Assembly (NCBI GenBank): GCA_001724265.1
Contig: MEDY01000100.1
Location: 1 to 64,000 of the forward strand
Direction: 5' to 3'
Length of the DNA: 64,000 nt
Origin: Rhizaria sp. SCN 62-66
Taxonomy: Eukaryota
The position numbers and the translations under genes are program-made. Below are positions 32,101 to 46,230 of the stretch, one piece after another; the stretch's first letter is position 1, and each line of letters opens with the position of its first letter. The notes beneath the pieces were generated by a model, which saw nothing but the letters and a program-made list of their open reading frames with translations, was not told where the DNA came from and searched no databases.

Positions 32101-35100
32101 ACAACTTCAACTCGTTCTTCTGGTCCTGCGTCACCGTCTTCCAGGTCATGACGCCCGAGAACTGGAACACGGTGCTCTACGACGCCAAGCACGCCGTCGG
32201 CTGGCCGGGCGCGATCTTCATCCTCGGCATCTTCCTCCTCGGCTTCTACATCATGATGTCGCTGTTTCTGGCCGTGATGGTCGTCAACTTCGACGTGCAG
32301 ACCGAGGAGGGCGCACAGGTCGCCGACGAAGAGAAGGAACGCAAAGACCAGGAAGTGTGTGTCGTGCTCGCGGCCACGGTCACCGCGCTCAGCCACACGG
32401 AGCAGCTGCCCGTGCTCTACCACCGGTACACCACGGAGCGCGCCACGGCGCCCGCGCTCGCGGGCGGCGACTCGCGCCACATCACCGGGCTGCAGCAGCA
32501 GGTCGCGCGCCGCGTCGCCGCCTCGCACACGCACCGCGGCAGCGCCGCCGCGGCCGCTGCTGCGGCGGGGCACAGTGTGTACGGCGCCAACGCGGCCGCC
32601 GGCGGGAGTCAGTTCAGCACGATGAGTAGCAACGGCGCCGGCTCTGTCGGCGGACATAGGCGCCGCAACGGCAACACCACGCGGCAGAACACGGCCACCG
32701 GCAGCAAAAACTCGCCACCGCCGCCCCCGCCCCCGCAGCAGAGGCCCACGACCAGCCCCAACTCGAACAGCTCCGACTCTGGCTCCACTGCAGGCAGCGG
32801 GGGCAACGGCGGCGGGACTACCCCCGTGCCTCTGGCTCGTAGTCCGCTCGGCATGTCTTTCTTCACGCCTCCCTCTGCCCTCGCAGACGCCAACAGCAAC
32901 GGCGGCGACAGCGACCGCGCGGACGGCGACGACGACAACGTCGGGCCGATGCCGCGCTTCGGCGCCGGCGGTGGCGGTAGTGGTGGCGGCAACGGCCGTC
33001 CGCTGCCGCCGCCGCCGGCCCCGCCCGCGCCCCCCGGCCCGCCCGCTCTGCTGTCCACGGCGGTGAGCCGCGTCTCCGTGGACCACGGGAAGGCCTTTGC
33101 CGCCGCCACGGCCGCCGGCCCCGTCGCCACGATCGCGGCCTCCGTCTCGGACAGCGTCGCGGGGCTGGAAGCGAGCGCCAGCATGCCCGACAGCGGCGAC
33201 GGCGGCGGCGCCAGCTTCGCGTCACCGGCCGCGTCCCACGCCGCTCAAGCGCCCATCTACGACGAGTACTACCTCTCTGAGCACCTGGACGACCTCGCGG
33301 CCCTGCCGGAGCCGTACGTGCCCGCCGTGGTGCCTTCGGCCGTCGCGGCCACGGCCTCGGTGACGCGGCTGCCGTACACGCACCTGGCCTTCCACAATCA
33401 TGAGCACCGACTCACGCGCGCCGAGAGCGTCTTCGGCCGCTGCTGCTCGCGCCTCGCCAAGACGCGCTCGCGCGGCCAGACGGGCCACAAGCAGGGCAGC
33501 GGCACTGTCACGGCCTCGGCGCGCGCGGAAAGCAAGACCGGTGCCCCGGCCGCTGGCGGCAACAGCAGCGCCGCCGCCGCGGTGGTCGGCGCGGGCGGCA
33601 CCGGGAGCGACGTGTCCATGTCTGGCGGCATCGGCGACGGGCCCTTCACGCTCATCGACGGCGACGTCGCCGCCGGCGTGCGCAAGCACGCCTGGGAGGT
33701 CGGCCGCCGCTGGCGTAGGCTTGTGTCGGCGGCACTCAGCTCCACGCGCGCCGTGCTGCGCGGCTACGGGAGCAGTGACGCGCAGATCGAAGAAGAACTG
33801 GAAAACACAGCGACCGAGGACATCGTGAAGCAACACAACGTCAATGTGTACAACGGCGTGGTGTCATACCGCGACCTCAAGTACCCGCCCGGATCCTTCA
33901 GCAAGCTCACCAACTTTGTCGTCGACCTCAAGGTCTACGACAAGTCGCGCGCCAAGCTCTTCGGCATGGACCTTACCTCGGAGCTGCGGCTGCTGTGCAT
34001 CGCATGCGCCAACTCGGCCCTCACGCGCACCGACTTCGAGTCGCTCTTCGGCCGCCGCTTCCTGGCGCGCGAGCACGCCGTCATCGCGCGCAGGCTGCTC
34101 GCGATGCGGTCCGCCGCGGCGCAGGCGGCCAACGCGGCGCCTGGCGAGCGCGAGTTTGCGCTACTATGCCGCGTCAACCCGTGGGAGCTGGTGACTGAGA
34201 TCTCGGGCGTGTTCGGCGAAAACGAAGAGGAGGAGTACATCGACGACTACGAGGCTTCGTCGCTGCACGGCTTCCCCGGCTACCCGTACTTCCCCGAAGA
34301 CGAGGGCTGGCTGCGCGAGGAGGTCGTCGAGAGGGCCACAGGCATCCCCTTCCGCGACCGGCCGCTGGTCCAGCTGCCGTACATGCTCGGCGCGCAGGAC
34401 CGCGCCGCCCCTGACAGCGGCAGCACCGCTGGCACGGGCGCTGGCACCGGATCGAGCGTCTACAGCGGCGGCAGCTCTGTGGGCTCGAGCACGGGCGCGC
34501 CGCCCGAGCTGGAGCACCGCCGCTCGCTCATCGGCGGATCAAACAGCGCGACAGTGAATAGCCTTGTGCGCCCCAGCTTCGGCCGGCCGTCGTCGTTGCT
34601 GATGCAGCCGCGCTCCTCCCTGCTCGCCCTAAAGGAGCAGCAGCAGGGCAATGGTGGCATCGCGCCGGCCCTGTTGGCTCAGGCGCAGGCGCAGGGCAAT
34701 GGCAAGATGCCCGAGCTGCTGAGCGCGTCGCAAACCCAGTCCGCGGCGTCCTTCGGCGCCACTCCCGCGTTCGGCCGCCAGACCTCGCCGCCGCCGCTGT
34801 TGGCCTCGCTGTCCGGCAGCAGCACCGGCAGCGGCGGCCCGCCCCCGCTGCGCCGCCAGAGCACGCACGCGCGCCTCATGTCCTCTGATATGATGTTTGA
34901 CGGCGAGATGCTCGGCGACAGCGGCAGCGGCCCGGGCTACGGGCTCTACGGCAGCAGCAGCAGTCTGGCCGGCGCGGGCGCGAGCAGCCCCACGATGAGC
35001 CGCGGCGGGAGCAGTCGCCGTCTCTTGGCGGTCAACGAGAGCTCCAGCGCCGGCATGGGGCTGCACGTCACCAGTAGCTCGGTCGGCTCGGCTCTCACCT

Positions 35101-38100
35101 CGAGCAGCACCAACATCACGAGCGCAGGCGATCAACAACAGCAACAGCAGCAGGACAACAGCCATGTGGCCGAGGCCGTCAGCGCCGCCGTCGCCGCCAC
35201 CGAGGCCATAAACTCTCAGAACGTCACCCTCGCGCAGCTGTCAATGTCGCAGCCGTTCTACTCCACCTCCGGCTTCAACTTCAACCTCAGCCACACCAAC
35301 GCGTCGATGACGCTGCCCGGCTACGCCGCGGCCTCCGGCATCGCGGCCGCGGTGCACGCGCGCTGGTACCTCCGCGACCTGGACGACTTCAAGTCGGGCC
35401 GCGACGTGCTGATCCTCAATGGCCGCCTTGTCACGCCGCCCGCACCGCCTACGCTCTTCCCCGGCCAGACGCTCAACAGCAACCCCGACAGCGTCAGTGA
35501 CTCCGCCGCCGCCGCTGCTGCGGCTGGGTCGCCCAGCAGCGCGGCGACCGCGGGCACAGTGCTTAACGCAGCCGTCTCGCACGCCATCGCGTTCGCGGCG
35601 GCCACGCACCCACGCGACCTCATCACGCCCTTCTACTACACGGCCTACATCCGCGGCACGCGCCGCCTCGAGCGCCTCCGCTGCGCGCTGGCGCAGGCGC
35701 GCGCGGACGCATTCCCGTCCCCCGCCGTCACCGCGGCGTCGGCGGCGCTCAAGGCTGACGTCATTGCTTATCTGCGCGGCAAGGCCGGGCTGAGCACGCT
35801 CAAGCGCCACGGCGTCAACGTCAACCGCCTGCGCTGGGCCGTGCACGAGCGGCGCTCCTTCTCGCCCCTGGGTGCGCTGCTGCACACGGCCGACTTCCTG
35901 GTCGGCGACGAGAGCTCCGTACTCGCTTTCAACTCGCCGCTGCAGGACCGCCAGATGTTCTCCTCGACGTACTCGCACTACAACATGCGGCTCACCTCGC
36001 GCATCGTGGACCCGCTCAACCGCTTGCTGCGCCCCGTGTGGGACGTCTCGGCGCGCCCGCCACGCAGCACGGTCGACCACGCGTCGCCGTACGCCGCGCT
36101 GGCGGCCCGCGCGAAGCTGCGCGCCGTGCTCAGCGCGCCGCACAACGAGGCCGTCACCGTCGCGTGGCAGGTCCCCGGCCTGCAGACCGCACTGCACGGC
36201 GGCGCGCCGCATGCGGGCGGCAGCGCGGGCGGCAGCGCCGGTGTGGGCTCGAGCGCGTACAACAGTATGAGCAGCGGCGCGCTCACTGCAAGCGGGGCTG
36301 CAAGCCCGCATGCTACGACGGGCAGCCACAGCACCTTGATGCGCCGCGGCGGCAGTGCGTACAACGTTAACACGTACAACGGCAGCAACGGCGGCACGTT
36401 CAACGGCAACACGTACAACGGCGGCACGTCTAAGTTCAGCACCAAGCTGACTGGCTACGTCAACAACCTCATTTCCGACTCGTCCGCGTCCTCGCTGTCG
36501 GCCGACTTTACCTCCGACGCCGCGTCCGAGGCTGAACGCATCCTCTGGGGCATCCCGTCGAACCCCGCCGCGTTTGCCGCCGCCACGGCCGCCGCGCGCG
36601 CCGCGGCCTACGGAGCGCCCCCGACCCGCAGCAGCGACTACTCGAGCAGCAGCGCCAGCGATACGTCGATGACCTCGGCGGGCCCTGCCTTCGCCCTGGG
36701 CGCTCCCGTGTCTGCGCTGCTGGCGCCCCCGCGTGTGCCGGTGTTGCCCGCGCGGTTTGGCATCCAGTACGCGATTCCGGTTCCGCCGCGGCGGCCCGTG
36801 GACAAGAAGATGCTCAAGCGTATTGAACGCCGCGAGACCCGCGAGAAGGACGCGCTCGAGGCCCTGTTCACGACGGTCAACGCGGTGCGGTCCGCGCTGG
36901 GCGAGGACGAGCTCGTTCGCGACTTGATCGGACTGGAGGCGATGGAGGCAGCGGAGCATCTGCACGAGGCTGAGACCGCCGCTGCACGCGCTGCCGCCGC
37001 CCCAACCGCGGCTGCCGAGGTCAGCAAGACGGCTGTGGCGGCGGCGACCGCCGGCCCGAGAGTGCCGGCGACGCCGACGGGCGGCAGGAAGCTCATGTTC
37101 TCACTCGACGCGCTGCCGAGAGTGCTGCCGGACGACAGTGCCGCCGCACAGGCCGAGGCCGAGGCCAACGCCGCATACGCCGCCGCGGCCGCCGAGGCCG
37201 CCGCGGTGTCTGCCGCGGCGCCGCTGCCTCTGCAGGGCTCTGGCTCGCTGACGCAGCAGCAGTCGACGCGCCAGGCCTCGCAGACCTCGGGCACGCCCAG
37301 TTTGCCGCGCCGCGCCAGCACCGTCACCGGCCCCGGCGCCTCCGCGGCCGCCACCGCCGCCGCCGCCGACGCGGCCGCCGCGGCGCCGTCTACGACGACG
37401 GTCCTGCACCCGGATGACGAGCGTCTGCTCATGGACCGCGAGCCCTACTGCGTGTGCTGCGAAGCCTCGCTGCCGCCCGCGGTCCGCGACTGCGTCGTGC
37501 GTCTGCGTTACCGCGACTACAACTTCGGCTTCATCTCGCGCTCGCATCCCTCGCGCCGCTACGCGCTCCAGCTCGTGCTTCACCCCGCTTTTGAACTCAC
37601 CTTCATGGTGCTCATTTTCTTCTCGTGCGTCGTGCTCGCGCTCGACCACCCCGATGTCCACGCGCAGTCGCGCCTGGGCCGGTTCGTGTCTATATCCAAC
37701 TGGTTCATCACCATCGTCTTCGCGCTGGAAATCCTGCTCAAGATCTGGGCCCACGGCCTTATCCTCAACATCAACGCCTACCTGCAGGACGGCTGGAACG
37801 TCTTCGACTTTATTGCCGTCGTCGTCTCCACCATTTCCTTCTTTGTCCGCTCCACGCGATTCGCCATGGGTCTTCGCTCGCTCCGCGGGCTTCGTGCGCT
37901 GCGCTTTGTGTCATACTTTGAGTCGACGCGCGAGGTCGCGTCCGGCATCGGCAAGGCCTTTGTGGCGTGCATCCCCATCTTCCTCTTCGGGCTGCTGCTC
38001 TTTGTGCTCTACGGCTCGCTGGGTGTCGCCTTCTTCAAGGGCAAGCTGCGCCGCTGCTACGACCCCTTCTCGGCGACGCCGTTGGAGGAGCTGCCGTTCG

Positions 38101-41100
38101 ATGAGATCTCGTGTTTGGCGCAGAACTTCATCTGGCGCAACCCCTTCGCGTTCGGCAACTTCGACTCGCTGGGCGCGGCCTTCCTCGTGCTCTTCGAGTT
38201 CTGCACCATGGAGGGCTGGCCCGGCTACATGTACCTGCTCGCCGACGCCACGCCTGTGGGCATGCAGCCCAAGGTCAACTATAACCCGTACAATGCCCTC
38301 TACGTCGTCTTCGCGATCATTCTCTTCGGGTTTTTCTACCTTAACCTGTTCATCGGTACCATCGTCGACTCGTTCGACTCGTCCGTCGCAACCGACCTCA
38401 ACGAACTCCAGGTCGCCTGGCTGCAGACGTACCGCCTCATCCTCGACCACCGCCCCGTGACGCGGCTGCTGGAGCCCCGCACGGGCCCCATTGACGACGC
38501 CGACTCGTCCTCATCCTCGTCCTCCTCGAGCGACTCCTCGGACAACGAGGCCGAGGACGACGGCAAGGGCGGCAAGCGCGGCGGCAAGTCCGCCAAGAGC
38601 GGCGCCGCTATCACGCTCGACGCCAACGGCGACGCGGTCATTACGCGCGCTGCCGCGTCGGCCAAGACCTCGGTCGCGCGCTGGCAACGCTCGCACGCCG
38701 CCGTGCGCATGCGCCGCGCCGAGCGCGAGAGCTTTGCGGAGCTCAAGCGGCTGCGCATCCACCGCCGCGCCGTCGCGCACGTGGCGCGCTCGGCGGGGCT
38801 TCACCTCGAGCAGTACCAAGGCCAGAGCCAGTCTGCCGCTGCCACTGCCGCTGCGGCGGCATCGACCGAGGCGAACAACCTGAAGGACGCCGTGTCGGCT
38901 GCTGTGAACCACTCCAGCGCGAATAACACATCTGCTGCACCTGGCGCTGGCGCTGGCGCTGGCGCTGGCGCTGGCAGTGCGAGGCCCAAGGTCCCCGCGC
39001 CGCCGGCCTACTTCGACGCCTTCAACTTGCACTCGGCGCACCCGTACCTGCCCAACACCAACTACATCTTCGACGAAGAGGCGCTGCAGCGTGACATCGC
39101 GCTCCCGGCGCCCGCGGACTCGCGCGGCGTGCTACGTCTGCTTGCCGTCGCGCCAGTCGTGACGCAGGAGACGCGCATGCTCACCGAGCTCCTCAAGCTC
39201 GGACAGGCGCAGGTACGGATACTAGTTTTGATTCACATCGATATAATTGAAAAGCATATGTTTCTGAATAACTCCTCTCACATTTCGTAACTTTCCTATG
39301 TTGACTCCTTTGTTTCTCCTTTGTATCTCAGGGCTCGGGCCCCGCGTCCGCCCGCCTCCGCGAGCTGCGCCGGCTGCACCGCGTGGCGCAGGCCAACTCG
39401 GCGGCGCTGGCTGCGCAGCTGGCGCAGGCCCGTGAGCGCGTGACGAGCATCGCCGACGCGGCGGGCTCGGGCGAGGCCATCACCGTCGACACGTCCGTCT
39501 ACGGCGTTACCGAGACGGAGCTGCCGTGGTGGCGCCGCGCGCTGGCGACCGTGTGCTGCTGCTGCTTCGACAGCGGGGAGAAGAAGGTCATCGCACTTGA
39601 TGAGTACGGCAACGAGAGAACGCCCAACGGCAGCTCGGCCGGCGCGGGCGGGCTCGGTGCGATGTTCGGCCTCGCCAGGGGCCACCAGTCCGGCGCCGGC
39701 GGCGACGCCAACGCGGACGGCAATGACTCAAGCGCCAGCACGAGCAGCCGGTCGAAGCGCGTGAGCCGCGCAGTGTGGGCCGTGGTGCGCACCGCGCGCC
39801 ACAGCCTGTTCCAGCTCGTCTCGCTATCTGGCTTCAACGACTTCATGCTCGGCGTGCTCTGCTTCAACATCATCGTCATGATTATGCAGTACGCCGGCAT
39901 GGGTCACACGTACGCGCGCGTGCTCGAGATCGCCCACGACTGCTGCTCCATCGCGTTCATGACCGAGTGCGTGTTCAAGATTCTCGGCATCGGCTTCCAC
40001 CAATACTTCCGCAACCGCTGGTTCCAGGTACGTTTAACACTTAAGTAGCACACATTTACTTGCGATATTCCTTTCTATCTCTACATGTATCAATGGTTAT
40101 TCAAGTTTCTTCTTGCACTCATTCCACTTTGTTTTCTTTCTTTATATCTCAATAGGTTGAAGCGCTGATTGCGGTCGCGTGCGGCATCGACTTCGTGTGC
40201 ACGTCGATGGGCGTGTACAACTTCTCCCAGGTTGGAGTCGACCCGCAGATCTTTACGTCAATCCGCCTGTTGCGCGCCATCTACATTGCGCGTCGTGTGT
40301 CTTCTTTCCGCCAAATCTCCAACACGATCATGTTCTCGTTCCGCGCGCTTAAGAACGTCGGTTTCATCTTCCTCATCGTCATGTTCGTCTACTCGGTCAT
40401 GGGCATGAACCTCTTTGCGCACGTCAAGAAGTTCGACCGCCTCGACTCGCGCGCCAACTTTGACAACTTCATCAACGCCTTTTTGGTATTGTTCCGCGCC
40501 GTCACAGGCGAGGACTGGAACCCAATCATGCGCGAGCTGGCCATCCCGCCGCCCTTCTGCGACCCCACCGCTGGCGACTGCGGCTCCGCACCCCAGGCCT
40601 ACGTGTTCTTTGTCACGTTCCAGCTTATCCTCGCCTTCCTGCTGCTTAACATGGTAATCGCCGTCATCTTCAAGCAGTTCGAGCAGGAGATGGTGCTCTT
40701 CAAGGCGCGTCAGCAACTCGCCTCGAGCGACTCGGCGGGCGCGCTCGTCTCGGCGGGTCAGCACTCGCGCGGCGCCGGCACGCGCGGGCTCTGCAACAAG
40801 CTGCGCGTGTACATCTACCGCACACTCTTGCCGGGCGGCTTTCTCTTCTTCCTGCTCTCACCCGCGCAGTGGCACCGCTGGGTCTGCTGCAAGCCCTGCT
40901 ACAGCAAGACGCACGCGCGCGCCGCGCGCGAGTACGCTCGCCGCAAGTTCGCCGCCACCGCCGCCGCCAACAACGGCAACGGCAACGGTAACGGCGGCAA
41001 CGGCGTGGGTAGAAGCGCGAGTAGAACGGACCGCGTCCTCACTGCTGGCGCTGACACCGCCCCCGCGTTTGTCAACAGCGCGAGCCCCAGCAGCGCCAAC

Positions 41101-44100
41101 AGCGCCGGCGAGATCGAGATGAGCGTCATCAGCCCCGCCACGGCCAACTTCGCCCGAGCGGCCTCGAACACGATTAACGGCAATACCGCGGGCAACACCG
41201 CCGGCACTGCGACAGCGAGCAGTGACGCTGCGCCCTCATCCTCGTCGCCCCCCGCGAGCGCGGCGCCCGCGACCAACGCGAGCGCCCATAGCCCCACCAA
41301 CGGCAACGGCAACGGCAACGGGGCCAGCGCGACGATGTCCGCGTCGGCGTGCGTGCGCGCGGCGACCGAGACGCTGCTGTTGGCGGCGCAGTCGACGCTG
41401 CCGCCGCTGCTGGCGCACGAGTCCATCACGAGCCGCGCCATCGACGCCGAGCTGCGCACCTACGAAAAGCGCCTCCGCAAGACGCTCGTCAAGTTTGCGT
41501 GGGGCGTGCTCGAGGGCTCGTTCGCGGGCCGGGGTTTCGACGCCAACGGCGCGCTCGTGCTCATCGATGCCGCCGCCACGCTCAACCCAGGTCAAAACGC
41601 CACCGTTGCTGTGTCCTCGGCTTCCTCCGCAATCACAGTGAACGCCCCCGCGGCGGCCGCGAAGATCGCCGGCGCGGTAACCCTGGCCCCCGCGCACTCG
41701 CCGACGATGCCCGCGCTGGCGGCCGCCGCGGCGTCGGCGTCGCCGTTCCCGGCGTACGTCAAGGTCGCCGCGCTGCAGCCCGCCGTGCTCACGGCGACTG
41801 TGCGCCGCCGCCTCACCGCCGCCGCCGCGCTTGCCGCACGCGCGCGCGCGCACCGGCCGTTCCGTGCGGCCGTGCGCCGCAACCTTTTTTACTCGAACGC
41901 GGCCGGCACGCGCACGCTCGCTGACGCGCTCGAAGTGACTGCGGCGGACCCCGCGCTCGCTGGACTTGGCCAAAAGGCTGTTGAAGCAGAGCTTGCGTCG
42001 CTCAAACGCTCGTTTGAGTTCGAGTCCGACCTCAACGCCGCGTTCAACGAGGCGCTCGTCGAGGCTGTGATCGCGTCCAACACCAACGCCTCCGAGAGCA
42101 ACGCCGCTGGCAACAGCAACTCGGTCGGCAGCAAGATGGCCGTGCAGAACGCGGTCGCCGTGGCCGCCAGCGACGTCGCCGCGGCCTCGGCGGCCCAGGT
42201 GCTCGTCGCGCTTAAGGCCGAGGGCGAGGGCGACGTCGTCTCCGTGTTCCCTGTCCCGCTGCGCATCCCTCTCGCATCACACACCGCCGCCGCTGCTACC
42301 GCGGCCGCCTCTGCGGGCGCCAACGCTGCGGCTGCGGCAGTCGCGACTGAGGCAGTAGCCGCCGGTGCCGCCGCAGTCGCCGCTGGCTCCGCGTTCACTG
42401 TCACCTCTGCTGCTCCTGCGGCCGGCAGCGGCGGCCTGTACGGCGACGTGCCGCCCCCGCCCGCTGTGTACGACCGCAGCACCGGCGCGCCCGTGGGCGG
42501 CGTCGCGGTCGTGCCCGCGCCCGCGCCCCAGCAGAGCGCGCCCGGCCAACCCGCGGGACTCGCGACCCGCCCCGGCCAGGCCGCCGCCGCCGCCGGCGTG
42601 CTGGCGCCCCCCGAGGTGCAGCGCTCGCAGTCGGTGATCCCGCTCAACCCGGGCTACAACGTCTCCGACTCGGAGTCCGAGTACGACGGCTTCTCGCGCC
42701 AGAACACGCTCTCGCTTGACAAGCAGGACTCAGTCGAGTCGAACCCCAACAGCAACGGCCGGGGCCCGCTGCCACCCCCGCCCTTGCCTTTGTCTCACTC
42801 GAGCGACGCTGCCAACGTGGTCGCCGCTGCCGCCGCTGAGGCCGAGGCCGACGCCCGCGCTCGCGCCATCGCCGCCGCGACCGCGGCCGCGGACATGACC
42901 GACAGCTTCGAGCCCCTGCCGCTGCCTCCCGGCCTGACTCTGTTCTCCGGCTTCGCCTGCGACACCTCTCAGGTCACGTGCACGCTCATCGCCTCCGCGG
43001 CCCACGTCGCTCTGCTGTCCAACACCGCCAACGGCGCGGTTGGAACCTCGTCCACTGCGATCGGCGCCGCCCTGTCGTCGACGCCCCTCTCGACCTCGCC
43101 CAGCAACGGGTCGCTGCCCAGCAACGCGAGCACGAGCGAGGCGACCACCCCGAGTGCGAGCGCCACCGCCCACGCGATGCCCGCGCTGGGCGAGTTCGAC
43201 GAAGAGACTGACGCGTCGCTCTCGTTCGGCGCTTCGGCCGAGCAGGCCCACGCGCTGCGTTTGGCCCGCGGCCTGAGCTCCCTCACGCGCCGCACCGCGC
43301 TCAACGTGGCGACGCACAAGCCGTCCTCGGCCGCGGACCTGGAGCTGCACCGCATCACGGCCAACGCCGCGGCCGCGACCTCGGGCGTGTCCACGGGCAA
43401 GGTACTCCCGATCCTCGCCAGCCACATGCTGCAGTTCAACCAGCAGTGGACGCATCTCAGCTACGCAGGGCTCCCGGACACCTCGCACCTGGCCTCGGAC
43501 GCCGCGCGCCGCGCCGCCCGCGTCGGTAACGCGCTGTCGCCGCGCCACTTCTACGACCCCGAGCTGCCCGCCGTGCCGCTGCTGCGCGTCTCGCACCTGC
43601 CCGTGCTGCTTGCGCGCCTGCCGCCGCCGCTGCGGCCCGTGCTGCGCCCGCCCGTGCTGCGCGCGCTGTCGGAGCACGTGCGCCGCAAGGTCTTCGTCGA
43701 CTTCGACACGCACACGCTGGGCCCCGCGCGCAGGCGCATGGCGCGCCAGCAGCGTCGCGCCTACGCGCTGCACGCGCGCCTCACGCGCGCGCATAGGCTG
43801 CTAGTCAAGCGCGCCAGGTGCAACAACAAGTCCTACGACGACGAGGATGCTGACGGTGCCATCACGGACGACGAGGACGACGCCTTCATCGCCCTTGCCC
43901 ACGCGATCTACGCCCCTGCCGACGCCAAGAACAGCGCACCCGGCTCCAGCGCGCGCGTGCCGGTGCCTCATTCCCTGTCGTCCCTGTCGACCCCCGACCT
44001 CACTGCCGCGTACACCGCGCTGCTGTCGGCCTACATAGCCCTGGAGCGCTCCCGCCGCGGCCACGCGCGCGCCTACACGGCGGCGCTGGCGACCCGCGAC

Positions 44101-46230
44101 GCGCTGATGGCGTCCCCGGCCGTGACGAACCCCGTGGCGGCGAACCCGGCGCTGGCGATGGTGTGGCTTATCGACGACCTGGCCATCCCCACCGACGGCC
44201 TCTACGTGCACTACGTCGACGTGCTTTACCGCCTCTGTCTGCACGCGTTCGCGCGCCAGTCGCCGCTCGGCGCCGCCGCGGCCGCACTGCAGCAGGCCAC
44301 CGAGGCGCTCCGCTCCCACGGCGCGAGCAACGGCCCTGCGCACAAGACGGCGACCGACGCCGCTGGCGCCACCGGTGCCGGCGGGGCCGAGCTGTCCGCG
44401 GCGGCCGCGCTGGTGCTGCACTTCGCGCAGCCGCCGGCGGACTTCGCGTCCTTTGCGCTGGCCGCCGTGCGCGCGCGCGTGCTCGAGGTGGCGACCATGG
44501 CCCGCGTGCGCGCGGTCATCCAGCGCCACAGCTACTTCGACGAGAACCTCGTCAAGGAAATCCGCTCGCAGCAGCGCGCAGACGGCGGCACCTCCGCGGC
44601 CGCTGCGGCGGCCGCGGCGGCCGCTGCCGCGGCCGCAGCTGCAGCTGCGGCTGAGGCCGCGGCCGCGGCCGCGAACGGGCAGGCGGCAGGCGGCCTGGAC
44701 ACCGCCGGCGGGCACAGTGTGTACAGCACCAACTCCGTCGGTATGAGCAAGGGCGGCACCGTGCGCCTCGCGGGCACGCGCTCGCGCGCCGGCACCGCCT
44801 CGTTCCCCGGCGGCTACAACGGCAGCTCGGTCTCGGTCTCGGTTAACGCCGGTAACAACCACGGCCACGCGGCGGGCGCGGGCGGCCGGTCGGTGCTGTC
44901 CCCCATCGCGGGCTCCCCGGCCTCGGTGGGGACGACGCTTAACACCACGGGCGGCTCCTCGCCGGCCACCGGCTCCGGACTGGGCAGCGGCGGGCTGACT
45001 CTGCGCCACGGTCGCATCAGCCTCGGTGGCAGCGTCTACGGTGGCAGCGTCAACGGTGGCAGCGTCAACGGCAACAGCACTGGTGACGCCGGCATTGCCG
45101 CCGGCGCCCCTGCGTACGTCACGGCGCCCCACCACGACGCATCCACGGCTTTGTCGCACGCCAGCTCTGGTGACAACAGTCACTTTGCTGCCAACACGAA
45201 CAGCGACCGCGACTCGGGCAACTCCCCGCTCAGCGTGACCCGCACGATCAACCACACGGGCAGCAGCCACAGCAACGCCAACAGCCTCCGCTATAACGGC
45301 CACAACGGCGTCGCGACCCACTCGGCGATCACGCCCGCGGCCGTCGCGGCCAGCGTGGCGGCCGCGGACGCCGCGGCGACCGAGGAGGCGTGGGCCAACA
45401 ACCGGCGCAAGATCGCGACCTGGCTGGCGCGCGCGCACAACGCCCCCACGCTGGCCTCGCCGTCGCCTGACCAGCGCTACAACCTGATCGACTTCGACGC
45501 GCTCCTCGCTGACATCCACGCCGATGCCTACGACAACACCACGGGCAGCTCCGCCGCGGCTGCGAGTCCGAACGCGAGCGAGTGGCGCGCGCGCTTCGCG
45601 CACGGCAGCGAGTTCTCGATCGACGAGAAGTCTCCCGCGTTGCGCCTGACGGGGCTGACGGCGCTCGAGGCCGTGGAGCGCGTGGTCGATCTGGTCCCCA
45701 GCGACGACGTCAAGCTCGAGACGCTGCGCGCGCAGGCGCAGGAGAAGTTCCCCGAGCTCTATGAGCGCAAACCGATCCTGCTCGACGCGGGCGTCGTGCT
45801 GCGCGTGATCCGCATCCAGCGCTGGTGGCGCGCCGTCGCGTTGCCCCGCGTGCTGGCGAAACGCATCGCCGAGGAGCGGGAGCGCCTCGTTGAGGTCGAG
45901 CGCTCCGTGCGCCTTGCGGCGGCTGCGGCTGCGGCGGCCAAGGGCGTTGGCGCCGCGGCCACGGCGGACAATGACAACCACACCGATATGAACACCACCA
46001 GCGCCACCACCGGCAGCAGCAGTCTGAATCCGCCACCCGCGCCGCCGCTTTACAGCGGAACCGCGGGCGGACTGGCGTACAACAGCGTCGGCGGCAGCTC
46101 CGTGTACCACGGCAGGCCCGCATTTGACACCATCGTCGGGAGCAGCAGCGCGAGCAACAATGTGATGCCGCAGTTTTCCGCCCTCGGCGAAGCAGGTGGC
46201 GCGAATGGCAATGAGACTGACTTGTGGTAA
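25316..46230 (+). CDS. Giant four-domain (4x6TM) Ca2+-type voltage-gated-superfamily channel alpha subunit, EEEE filter, about 6849 aa; contains an in-frame TAG at 30930-30932
   Basis: Exons 25316-27420, 27539-39212, 39332-40027 and 40156-46230, all with GTACG donors and consistent phases. Pore motifs SMEGW (E 28401), TPENW (32157), TMEGW (38211), TGEDW (40510); S4 segments such as IRSLRLLRIIK and LRSLRGLRALRF; IQ motif IQRWWR at 45814. Confidence 0.9.
26092..26341 (+). repeat. Coding (GAC)n poly-Asp and (GCN)n poly-Ala tracts in the channel N-terminus
   Basis: GAC run at about 26093-26122 and a run of 19 Ala codons at 26285-26341. Similar tracts occur throughout the large CDSs, e.g. 44596-44672. 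Confidence 0.8.

Noticed and set aside
25316-46230. Five separate channel-like genes as in the ORF track
   Set aside because: Three breaks are canonical AT-rich introns with matching phases and the fourth is the single TAG; together they give one domain I-IV channel.
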